From contig OZ059896.1 of NCBI GenBank assembly GCA_964057225.1, positions 5,084,001 through 5,148,000 of the forward strand: a stretch of DNA of 64,000 bases, read 5' to 3'. The translations under genes and the position numbers were made by a program. Under the pieces are notes generated by a model that saw only the letters and a program-made list of their open reading frames with translations, had not been told where the DNA came from and made no database searches. This stretch comes from Auanema rhodensis. Lineage: Eukaryota; Animalia; Nematoda. Shown piece by piece: positions 1-13,200 of this stretch. The stretch's first letter is position 1, and every line of letters starts with the position of its first letter.

Positions 1-2112
1 TTGTTTTTAGACTAATATGGACATGGGGAATCTAATTTTGAAAACCGCATCTCTTTATCTTTCAAGTGAAGCGAGTTACATACCAAGTGCACATCACGTG
101 TACATTTAATTAGCATAAATTAAAGTTCACGTAAATTTCAAAGTCATGGTTACCATGCACCAATATCAATAAAAATTTGTTTTTAGACTAATATGGATAT
201 GGGGAATCTAATTTTGAAAACCGCATCTCTTTATCTTTCACGTGAAGCGAGGTACATACCAAGTGCACATCACGTGTACATTTAATTAGCATAAATTAAA
301 GTTCACGTAAATTTCAAAGTCATGGTTACCATGCACCAATATCAATAAAAATTTGTTTTTAGACTAATATGGACATGGGGAATCTAATTTTGAAAACCGC
401 ATCTCTTTATCTTTCAAGTGAAGCGAGTTACATACCAAGTGCACATCACGTGTACATTTAATTAGCATAAATTAAAGTTCACGTAAATTTCAAAGTCATG
501 GTTACCATGCACCAATATCAATAAAAATTTGTTTTTAGACTAATATGAACATGGGGAATCTAATTTTGGAAACCGCATCTCTTTATCTTTCACGTGAAGC
601 GAGTTACATACCAAGTGCACATAACGTGTACATTTAATTAGCATAAATTAAAGTTCACGTAAATTTCAAAGTCATGGTTACCATGAACCAATATCAATAA
701 AAATTTGTTTTCAAACTAATTTGGACATGGGGAATCTAATTTTGAAAACCGCATCTCTTTATCTTTCAAGTGAAGCGAGTTACATACCAAGTGCACATCA
801 CGTGTACATTTAATTAGCATAAATTAAAGTTCACGTAAATTTCAAAGTCATGGTTACCATGCACCAATATTAATAAAAATTTGTTTTTAGACTAATATGG
901 ACATGAGGAATCTAATTTTGAAAATCGCATCTCTTTATCTTTCACGTGAAGCGAGTTACATACCAAGTGCACATCACGTGTACATTTAATTAGCATAAAT
1001 TAAAGTTCACGTAAATTTCAAAGTCATGGTTACCATGCACCAATATTAATAAAAATTTGTTTTTAGACTAATATGGACATGGGGAATCTAATTTTGAAAA
1101 CCGCATCTCTTTATCTTTCACGTGAAGCGAGTTACATACCAAGTGCACATCACGTGTACATTTAATTAGCATAAATTAAAGTTCACGTAAATTTCAAAGT
1201 CATGGTTACCATGAACCAATATCAATAAAAATTTGTTTTTAGACTAATATGGACATGGGGAATCTAATTTTGAAAACCGCATCTCTTTATCTTTCAAGTG
1301 AAGCGAGTTACATACCAAGTGCACATCACGTGTACATTTAATTAGCATAAATTAAAGTTCACGTAAATTTCAAAGTCATGGTTACCATGCACCAATATCA
1401 ATAAAAATTTGTTTTTAGACTAATATGGACATGGGGAATCTAATTTTGAAAACCGCATCTCTTTATCTTTCACGTGAAGCGAGTTACATACCAAGTGCAC
1501 ATCACGTGTACAATTAATTAGCATAAATTAAAGTTCACGTAAATTTCAAAGTCATGGTTACCATGCACCAATATCAATAAAAATTTGTTTTTAGACTAAT
1601 ATGGACATGGGGAATCTAATTTTGAAAACCGCATCTCTTTATCTTTCACGTGAAGCGAGTTACATACCAAGTGCACATCACGTGTACACTTAATTAGCAT
1701 AAATTAAAGTTCACGTAAATTTCAAAGTCATGGTTACCATGCACCAATATCAATAAAAATTTGTTTTTAGACTAATATGGACATGGGGAATCTAATTTTG
1801 AAAACCGCATCTCTTTATCTTTCACGTGAAGCGAGTTACATACCAAGTGCACATCACGTGTACATTTAATTAGCATAAAGTAAAGTTCACGTAAATTTCA
1901 AAGTCATGGTTACCATGCACCAATATCAATAAAAATTTGTTTTTAGACTAATATGGACATGGGGAATCTAATTTTGAAAATCGCATCTCTTTATCTTTCA
2001 CGTGAAGCGAGTTACATACCAAGTGCACATCACGTGTACATTTAATTAGCATAAATTAAAGTTCACGTAAATTTCAAAGTCATGGTTACCATGAACCAAT
2101 ATCAATAAAAAT

Positions 2113-2288
2113 TTGTTTTTAGACTAATATGGACATGGGGAATCTAATTTTGAAAACCGCATCTCTTTATCTTTCACGTGAAGCGAGTTACATACCAAGT
2201 GCACATCACGTGTACATTTAATTAGCATAAATTAAAGTTCACGTAAATTTCAAAGTCATGGTTACCATGCACCAATATCAATAAAAAT
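2113..2288 (+). repeat. Representative monomer identical to the consensus (n=12)
   Basis: Read directly. It contains TTCACGTGAA (2173-2182), GTGCAC (2199-2204), ATCACGTG (2205-2212), TGTACA (2211-2216), TTCACGTAAA (2238-2247) and CATGGTTACCATG (2257-2269). Confidence 0.95.
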
Positions 2289-5200
2289 TTGTTTTTAGAC
2301 TAATATGGACATGGGGAATCTAATTTTGAAAATCGCATCTCTTTATCTTTCACGTGAAGCGAGTTACATACCAAGTGCACATCACGTGTACATTTAATTA
2401 GCATAAATTAAAGTTCACGTAAATTTCAAAGTCATGGTTACCATGCACCAATATCAATAAAAATTTGTTTTTAGACTAATATGGACATGGGGAATCTAAT
2501 TTTGAAAACCGCATCTCTTTATCTTTCACGTGAAGCGAGTTACATACCAAGTGCACATCACGTGTACATTTAATTAGCATAAAGTAAAGTTCACGTAAAT
2601 TTCAAAGTCATGGTTACCATGCACCAATATCAATAAAAATTTGTTTTTAGACTAATATGGACATGGGGAATCTAATTTTGAAAATCGCATCTCTTTATCT
2701 TTCACGTGAAGCGAGTTACATACCAAGTGCACATCACGTGTACATTTAATTAGCATAAATTAAAGTTCACGTAAATTTCAAAGTCATGGTTACCATGAAC
2801 CAATATCAATAAAAATTTGTTTTTAGACTAATATGGACATGGGGAATCTAATTTTGAAAATCGCATCTCTTTATCTTTCACGTGAAGCGAGTTACATACC
2901 AAGTGCACATCACGTGTACATTTAATTAGCATAAATTAAAGTTCACGTAAATTTCAAAGTCATGGTTACCATGAACCAATATCAATAAAAATTTGTTTTT
3001 AGACTAATATGGACATGGGGAATCTAATTTTGAAAACCGCATCTCTTTATCTTTCACGTGAAGCGAGTTACATACCAAGTGCACATCACGTGTACATTTA
3101 ATTAGCATAAATTAAAGTTCACGTAAATTTCAAAGTCATGGTTACCATGCACCAATATTAATAAAAATTTGTTTTTAGACTAATATGGACATGGGGAATC
3201 TAATTTTGAAAACCGCATCTCTTTATCTTTCACGTGAAGCGTGTTACATACCAAGTGCACATCACGTGTACATTTAATTAGCATAAATTAAAGTTCACGT
3301 AAATTTCAAAGTCATGGTTACCATGCACCAATATCAATAAAAATTTGTTTTTAGACTAATATGGACACGGAGAATCTAATTTTGAAAACCGCATCTCTTT
3401 ATCTTTCACGTGAAGCGAGTTACATACCAAGTGCACATCACGTGTACATTTAATTAGCATAAATTAAAGTTCACGTAAATTTCAAAGTCATGGTTACCAT
3501 GCACCAATATCAATAAAAATTTGTTTTTAGACTAATATGGACATGGGGAATCTAATTTTGAAAACCGCATCTCTTTATCTTTCACGTGAAGCGAGTTACA
3601 TACCAAGTGCACATCACGTGTACATTTAATTAGCATAAATTAAAGTTCACGTAAATTTCAAAGTCATGGTTACCATGCACCAATATCAATAAAAATTTGT
3701 TTTTAGACTAATATGGACATGGGAAATCTAATTTTGAAAACCGCATCTCTTTATCTTTCACGTGAAGCGTGTTACATACCAAGTGCACATCACGTGTACA
3801 TTTAATTAGCATAAATTAAAGTTCACGTAAATTTCAAAGTCATGGTTACCATGCACCAATATCAATAAAAATTTGTTTTTAGACTAATATGGACACGGAG
3901 AATCTAATTTTGAAAACCGCATCTCTTTATCTTTCACGTGAAGCGAGTTACATACCAAGTGCACATCACGTGTACATTTAATTAGCATAAATTAAAGTTC
4001 ACGTAAATTTCAAAGTCATGGTTACCATGCACCAATATCAATAAAAATTTGTTTTTAGACTAATATGGACATGGGGAATCTAATTTTGAAAACCGCATCT
4101 CTTTATCTTTCACGTGAAGCGAGTTACATACCAAGTGCACATCACGTGTACATTTAATTAGCATAAATTAAAGTTCACGTAAATTTCAAAGTCATGGTTA
4201 CCATGAACCAATATCAATAAAAATTTGTTTTTAGACTAATATGGACATGGGGAATCTAATTTTGAAAATCGCATCTCTTTATCTTTCACGTGAAGCGAGT
4301 TACATACCAAGTGCACATCACGTGTACATTTAATTAGCATAAATTAAAGTTCACGTAAATTTCAAAGTCATGGTTACCATGAACCAATATCAATAAAAAT
4401 TTGTTTTTAGACTAATATGGACATGGGGAATCTAATTTTGAAAACCGCATCTCTTTATCTTTCACGTGAAGCGAGTTACATACCAAGTGCACATCACGTG
4501 TACATTTAATTAGCATAAATTAAAGTTCACGTAAATTTCAAAGTCATGGTTACCATGCACCAATATTAATAAAAATTTGTTTTTAGACTAATATGGACAT
4601 GGGGAATCTAATTTTGAAAACCGCATCTCTTTATCTTTCACGTGAAGCGTGTTACATACCAAGTGCACATCACGTGTACATTTAATTAGCATAAATTAAA
4701 GTTCACGTAAATTTCAAAGTCATGGTTACCATGCACCAATATCAATAAAAATTTGTTTTTAGACTAATATGGACACGGAGAATCTAATTTTGAAAACCGC
4801 ATCTCTTTATCTTTCACGTGAAGCGAGTTACATACCAAGTGCACATCACGTGTACATTTAATTAGCATAAATTAAAGTTCACGTAAATTTCAAAGTCATG
4901 GTTACCATGCACCAATATCAATAAAAATTTGTTTTTAGACTAATATGGACATGGGGAATCTAATTTTGAAAACCGCATCTCTTTATCTTTCACGTGAAGC
5001 GAGTTACATACCAAGTGCACATCACGTGTACACTTAATTAGCATAAATTAAAGTTCACGTAAATTTCAAAGTCATGGTTACCATGCACCAATATCAATAA
5101 AAATTTGTTTTTAGACTAATATGGACATGGGGAATCTAATTTTGAAAACCGCATCTCTTTATCTTTCACGTGAAGCGAGTTACATACCAAGTGCACATCA

Positions 5201-7920
5201 CGTGTACATTTAATTAGCATAAATTAAAGTTCACGTAAATTTCAAAGTCATGGTTACCATGCACCAATATTAATAAAAATTTGTTTTTAGACTAATATGG
5301 ACATGGGGAATCTAATTTTGAAAACCGCATCTCTTTATCTTTCACGTGAAGCGAGTTACATACCAAGTGCACATCACGTGTACATTTAATTAGCATAAAT
5401 TAAAGTTCACGTAAATTTCAAAGTCATGGTTACCATGAACCAATATCAATAAAAATTTGTTTTTAGACTAATATGGACATGGGGAATCTAATTTTGAAAA
5501 CCGCATCTCTTTATCTTTCACGTGAAGCGAGTTACATACCAAGTGCACATCACGTGTACATTTAATTAGCATAAATTAAAGTTCACGTAAATTTCAAAGT
5601 CATGGTTACCATGCACCAATATCAATAAAAATTTGTTTTTAGACTAATATGGACATGGAGAATCTAATTTTGAAAACCGCATCTCTTTATCTTTCACGTG
5701 AAGCGAGTTACATACCAAGTGCACATCACGTGTACATTTAATTAGCATAAATTAAAGTTCACGTAAATTTCAAAGTCATGGTTACCATGCACCAATATCA
5801 ATAAAAATTTGTTTTTAGACTAATATGGACATGGGGAATCTAATTTTGAAAACCGCATCTCTTTATCTTTCACGTGAAGCGAGTTACATACCAAGTGCAC
5901 ATCACGTGTACATTTAATTAGCATAAAGTAAAGTTCACGTAAATTTCAAAGTCATGGTTACCATGCACCAATATCAATAAAAATTTGTTTTTAGACTAAT
6001 ATGGACATGGGGAATCTAATTTTGAAAACCGCATCTCTTTATCTTTCACGTGAAGCGAGTTACATACCAAGTGCACATCACGTGTACATTTAATTAGCAT
6101 AAAGTAAAGTTCACGTAAATTTCAAAGTCATGGTTACCATGAACCAATATCAATAAAAATTTGTTTTTAGACTAATATGGACATGGGGAATCTAATTTTG
6201 AAAACCGCATCTCTTTATCTTTCACGTGAAGCGAGTTACATACCAAGTGCACATCACGTGTACATTTAATTAGCATAAATTAAAGTTCACGTAAATTTCA
6301 AAGTCATGGTTACCATGCACCAATATTAATAAAAAATTGTTTTTAGACTAATATGGACATGGGGAATCTAATTTTGGAAATCGCATCTCTTTATCTTTCA
6401 CGTGAAGCGAGTTACATACCAAGTGCACATCACGTGTACATTTAATTAGCATAAATTAAAGTTCACGTAAATTTCAAAGTCATGGTTACCATGAACCAAT
6501 ATCAATAAAAATTTGTTTTTAGACTGATATGGACATGGGGAATCTAATTTTGAAAACCGCATCTCTTTATCTTTCACGTGAAGCGAGTTACATACCAAGT
6601 GCACATCACGTGTACATTTAATTAGCATAAATTAAAGTTCACGTAAATTTCAAAGTCATGGTTACCATGCACCAATATTAATAAAAAATTGTTTTTAGAC
6701 TAATATGGACATGGGGAATCTAATTTTGAAAACCGCATCTCTTTATCTTTCAAGTGAAGCGAGTTACATACCAAGTGCACATCACGTGTACATTTAATTA
6801 GCATAAATTAAAGTTCACGTAAATTTCAAAGTCATGGTTACCATGAACCAATATCAATAAAAATTTGTTTTCAGACTAATTTGGACATGGGGAATCTAAT
6901 TTTGAAAACCGCATCTCTTTATCTTTCAAGTGAAGCGAGTTACATACCAAGTGCACATCACGTGTACATTTAATTAGCATAAATTAAAGTTCACGTAAAT
7001 TTCAAAGTCATGGTTACCATGCACCAATATTAATAAAAATTTGTTTTTAGACTAATATGGACATGATGAATCTAATTTTGAAAATCGCATCTCTTTATCT
7101 TTCACGTGAAGCGAGTTACATACCAAGTGCACATCACGTGTACATTTAATTAGCATAAATTAAAGTTCACGTAAATTTCAAAGTCATGGTTACCATGAAC
7201 CAATATCAATAAAAATTTGTTTTTAGACTAATATGGACATGGGGAATCTAATTTTGAAAACCGCATCTCTTTATCTTTCACGTGAAGCGAGTTACATACC
7301 AAGTGCACATCACGTGTACATTTAATTAGCATAAAGTAAAGTTCACGTAAATTTCAAAGTCATGGTTACCATGCACCAATATCAATAAAAATTTGTTTTT
7401 AGACTAATATGGACATGGGGAATCTAATTTTGAAAATCGCATCTCTTTATCTTTCACGTGAAGCGAGTTACATACCAAGTGCACATCACGTGTACATTTA
7501 ATTAGCATAAATTAAAGTTCACGTAAATTTCAAAGTCATGGTTACCATGAACCAATATCAATAAAAATTTGTTTTTAGACTAATATGGACATGGGGAATC
7601 TAATTTTGAAAACCGCATCTCTTTATCTTTCACGTGAAGCGAGTTACATACCAAGTGCACATCACGTGTACATTTAATTAGCATAAATTAAAGTTCACGT
7701 AAATTTCAAAGTCATGGTTACCATGCACCAATATTAATGAAAATTTGTTTTTAGACTAATATGGACATGGGGAATCTAATTTTGAAAACCGCATCTCTTT
7801 ATCTTTCACGTGAAGCGAGTTACATACCAAGTGCACATCACGTGTACATTTAATTAGCATAAATTAAAGTTCACGTAAATTTCAAAGTCATGGTTACCAT
7901 GAACCAATATCAATAAAAAT

Positions 7921-10208
7921 TTGTTTTTAGACTGATATGGACATGGGGAATCTAATTTTGAAAACCGCATCTCTTTATCTTTCACGTGAAGCGAGTTACA
8001 TACCAAGTGCACATCACGTGTACACTTAATTAGCATAAATTAAAGTTCACGTAAATTTCAAAGTCATGGTTACCATGCACCAATATCAATAAAAATTTGT
8101 TTTTAGACTAATATGGACATGGGGAATCTAATTTTGAAAACCGCATCTCTTTATCTTTCACGTGAAGCGAGTTACATACCAAGTGCACATCACGTGTACA
8201 TTTAATTAGCATAAATTAAAGTTCACGTAAAATTCAAAGTCATGGTTACCATGAACCAATATCAATAAAAATTTGTTTTTAAACTAATATGGACATGGGG
8301 AATCTAATTTTGAAAACCGCATCTCTTTATCTTTCACGTGAAGCGAGTTACATACCTAGTGCACATCACGTGTACATTTAATTAGCATAAATTAAAGTTC
8401 ACGTAAATTTCAAAGTCATGGTTACCATGAACCAATATCAATAACAATTTGTTTTTAGACTAATTTGGACATGGGGAATCTAATTTTGAAAACCGCATCT
8501 CTTTATCTTTCAAGTGAAGCGAGTTACATACCAAGTGCACATCACGTGTACATTTAATTAGCATAAATTAAAGTTCACGTAAATTTCAAAGTCATGGTTA
8601 CCATGAACCAATATCAATAAAAATTTGTTTTCAAACTAATATGGACATGGGGAATCTAATTTTGAAAACCGCATCTCTTTATCTTTCAAGTGAAGCGAGT
8701 TACATACCAAGTGCACATCACGTGTACATTTAATTAGCATAAATTAAAGTTCACGTAAATTTCAAAGTCATGGTTACCATGAACCAATATCAATAAAAAT
8801 TTGTTTTTAGACTAATATGGACATGGGGAATCTAATTTTGAAAACCGCATCTCTTTATCTTTCACGTGAAGCGAGTTACATACCAAGTGCACATCACGTG
8901 TACATTTAATTAGCATAAATTAAAGTTCACGTAAATTTCAAAGTCATGGTTACCATGCACCAATATTAATAAAAATTTGTTTTTAGACTAATATGGACAT
9001 GGGGAATCTAATTTTGAAAACCGCATCTCTTTATCTTTCACGTGAAGCGAGTTACATACCAAGTGCACATCACGTGTACATTTAATTAGCATAAATTAAA
9101 GTTCACGTAAATTTCAAAGTCATGGTTACCATGCACCAATATCAATAAAAATTTGTCTTTAGACTAATATGGACATGGGGAATCTAATTTTGAAAACCGC
9201 ATCTCTTTATCTTTCACGTGAAGCGAGTTACATACCAAGTGCACATCACGTGTACATTTAATTAGCATAAATTAAAGTTCACGTAAATTTCAAAGTCATG
9301 GTTACCATGCACCAATATCAATAAAAATTTGTTTTTAGACTGATATGGACATGGGGAATCTAATTTTGAAAACCGCATCTCTTTATCTTTCACGTGAAGC
9401 GAGTTACATACCAAGTGCACATCACGTGTACACTTAATTAGCATAAATTAAAGTTCACGTAAATTTCAAAGTCATGGTTACCATGCACCAATATCAATAA
9501 AAATTTGTTTTTAGACTAATATGGACATGGGGAATCTAATTTTGAAAACCGCATCTCTTTATCTTTCAAGTGAAGCGAGTTACATACCAAGTGCACATCA
9601 CGTGTACATTTAATTAGCATAAATTAAAGTTCACGTAAATTTCAAAGTCATGGTTACCATGCACCAATATCAATAAAAATTTGTTTTTAGACTAATATGG
9701 ACATGGGGAATCTAATTTTGAAAACCGCATCTCTTTATCTTTCACGTGAAGCGAGTTACATACCTAGTGCACATCACGTGTACATTTAATTAGCATAAAT
9801 TAAAGTTCACGTAAATTTCAAAGTCATGGTTACCATGAACCAATATCAATAACAATTTGTTTTTAGACTAATTTGGACATGGGGAATCTAATTTTGAAAA
9901 CCGCATCTCTTTATCTTTCAAGTGAAGCGAGTTACATACCAAGTGCACATCACGTGTACATTTAATTAGCATAAATTAAAGTTCACGTAAATTTCAAAGT
10001 CATGGTTACCATGAACCAATATCAATAAAAATTTGTTTTCAAACTAATATGGACATGGGGAATCTAATTTTGAAAACCGCATCTCTTTATCTTTCAAGTG
10101 AAGCGAGTTACATACCAAGTGCACATCACGTGTACATTTAATTAGCATAAATTAAAGTTCACGTAAATTTCAAAGTCATGGTTACCATGAACCAATATCA
10201 ATAAAAAT
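7921..10208. repeat. 8-monomer (1408 bp) offset duplication
   Basis: A14G at 7934/9342, A85T at 8357/9765 and A173C at 8445/9853, plus the TTTTCAAAC monomer (n=49/57), are all 1408 bp apart. Confidence 0.85.
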
Positions 10209-13200
10209 TTGTTTTTAAACTAATATGGACATGGGGATTCTAATTTTGAAAACCGCATCTCTTTATCTTTCACGTGAAGCGAGTTACATATAAAGTGCAC
10301 ATCACGTGTACATTTAATTAGCATAAATTAAAGTTCACGTAAAATTCAAAGTCATGGTTACCATGAACCAATATCAATAAAAATTTGTTTTTAGACTAAT
10401 ATGGACATGGGGAATCTAATTTTGAAAACCGCATCTCTTTATCTTTCACGTGAAGCGAGTTACATATAAAGTGCACATCACGTGTACATTTAATTAGCAT
10501 AAATTAAAGTTCACGTAAATTTCAAAGTCATGGTTACCATGCACCAATATTAATAAAAATTTGTTTTTAGACTAATATGGACATGGGGAATCTAATTTTG
10601 AAAACCGCATCTCTTTATCTTTCACGTGAAGCGAGTTACATACCAAGTGCACATCACGTGTACACTAAATCAGCATAAATTAAAGTTCACGTTAATTTCA
10701 AAGTCATGGTTACCATGCACCAATATCAATAAAAATTTGTTTTTAGACTAATTTGGACATGGGGAACCTAATTTTGAAAACCGCATCTCTTTATCTTTCA
10801 CGTGAGGCGAGTTACATACCAAGTGCACATCACGTGTACATTTAATTAGCATAAATTAAAGTTCACGTAAATTTCAAAGTCATGGTTACCATGAACCAAT
10901 ATCAATAAAAATTTGTTTTTAGACTAATATGGACATGGGGAATCTAATTTTGAAAACCGCATCTCTTTATCTTTCACGTGAGGCGAGTTACATACCAAGT
11001 GCACATCACGTGTACATTTAATTAGCATAAATTAAAGTTCACGTAAATTTCAAAGTCATGGTTACCATGAACCAATATCAATAAAAATTTGTTTTTAGAC
11101 TAATATGGACATGGGGAATCTAATTTTGAAAACCGCATCTCTTTATCTTTCAAGTGAAGCTAGTTACATACCAAGTGCACATCACGTGTACATTTAATTA
11201 GCATAAATTAAAGTTCACGTAAATTTCAAATTCATGGTTACCATGAACCAATATCAATAAAAATTTGTTTTTAAACTAATATGGACATGGGGATTCTAAT
11301 TTTGAAAACCGCATCTCTTTATCTTTCACGTGAAGCGAGTTACATACCTAGTGCACATCACGTGTACATTTAATTAGCATAAATTAAAGTTCACGTAAAT
11401 TTCAAAGTCATGGTTACCATGAACCAATATCAATAAAAATTTGTTTTTAGACTAATTTGGACATGGGGAATCTAATTTTGAAAACCGCATCTCTTTATCT
11501 TTCAAGTGAAGCGAGTTACATACCAAGTGCACATCACGTGTACATTTAATTAGCATAAATTAAAGTTCACGTAAATTTCAAATTCATGGTTACCATGAAC
11601 CAATATCAATAAAAATTTGTTTTTAAACTAATATGGACATGGGGAATCTAATTTTGAAAACCGCATCTCTTTATCTTTCACGTGAAGCGAGTTACATACC
11701 TAGTGCACATCACGTGTACATTTAATTAGCATAAATTAAAGTTCACGTAAATTTCAAATTCATGGTTACCATGAACCAATATCAATAAAAATTTGTTTTT
11801 AAACTAATATGGACATGGGGATTCTAATTTTGAAAACCGCATCTCTTTATCTTTCACGTGAAGCGAGTTACATACCTAGTGCACATCACGTGTACATTTA
11901 ATTAGCATAAATTAAAGTTCACGTAAATTTCAAAGTCATGGTTACCATGAACCAATATCAATAAAAATTTGTTTTTAGACTAATTTGGACATGGGGAATC
12001 TAATTTTGAAAACCGCATCTCTTTATCTTTCAAGTGAAGCGAGTTACATACCAAGTGCACATCACGTGTACATTTAATTAGCATAAATTAAAGTTCACGT
12101 AAATTTCAAAGTCATGGTTACCATACACCAATATTAATAAAAATTTGTTTTTAGACTAATATGGACATGGGGAATCTAATTTTGAAAACCGCATCTCTTT
12201 ATCTTTCACGTGAAGCGAGTTACATACCAAGTGCACATCACGTGTACATTTAATTAGCATAAATTAAAGTTCACGTAAATTTCAAAGTCATGGTTACCAT
12301 GAACCAATATCAATAAAAATTTGTTTTTAGGCTAATTTGGACATGGGGAATCTAATTTTGAAAACCGCATCTCTTTATCTTTCAAGTGAAGCGAGTTACA
12401 TACCAAGTGCACATCACGTGTACATATAATTAGCATAAATTAAAGTTCACGTAAATTTCAAAGTCATGGTTACCATACACCAATATTAATAAAAATTTGT
12501 TTTTAGACTAATATGGACATGGGGAATCTAATTTTGAAAACCGCATCTCTTTATCTTTCACGTGAAGCGAGTTACATACCAAGTGCACATCACGTGTACA
12601 TTTAATTAGCATAAATTAAAGTTCACGTAAATTTCAAAGTCATGGTTACCATGAACCAATATCAATAAAAATTTGTTTTTAAACTAATATGGACATGAAG
12701 AATCTAATTTTGAAAACCGCATCTCTTTATCTTTCACGTGAAGCGAGTTACATACCTAGTGCACATCACGTGTACATTTAATTAGAATAAATTAAAGTTC
12801 ACGTAAATTTCAAAGTCATGGTTACCATGAACCAATATCAATAAAAATTTGTTTTTAGACTAATTTGGACATGGGGAATCTAATTTTGAAAACCGCATCT
12901 CTTTATCTTTCAAGTGAAGCGAGTTACATACCGAGTGCACATCACGTGTACATTTAATTAGCATAAATTAAAGTTCACGTAAATTTCAAAGTCATGGTTA
13001 CCATGCACCAATATCAATAAAAATTTGTTTTTAGACTAATTTGGACATGGGGAATCTAATTTTGAAAACCGCATCTCTTTATCTTTCAAGTGAAACGAGT
13101 TACATACCAAGTGCACATCACGTGTACATTTAATCAGCATAAATTAAAGTTCACGTAAATTTCAAAGTCATGGTTACCATGAACCAATATCAATAAAAAT

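Noticed and set aside
2113-2288. CENP-B box or telomeric repeats
   Set aside because: No TTCG....A..CGGG motif on either strand, and no TTAGG, TTAGGG or TTTAGGG runs.
2113-2288. 5S rRNA, tRNA or snRNA tandem gene unit
   Set aside because: No recognisable 5S sequence, cloverleaf or Pol III A/B boxes, and the unit is very AT-rich.
6446-9444. Three 60-aa ORFs (6446-6628, 7854-8036, 9262-9444) as protein-coding genes
   Set aside because: Each is about one satellite monomer read on the minus strand, opened by one SNP. There is no recognisable domain and no gene context.
10289-10470. TATAAA variants as TATA boxes, and the AATAAA in each monomer as a poly(A) signal
   Set aside because: Short AT-rich motifs are expected by chance, and there is no associated gene.
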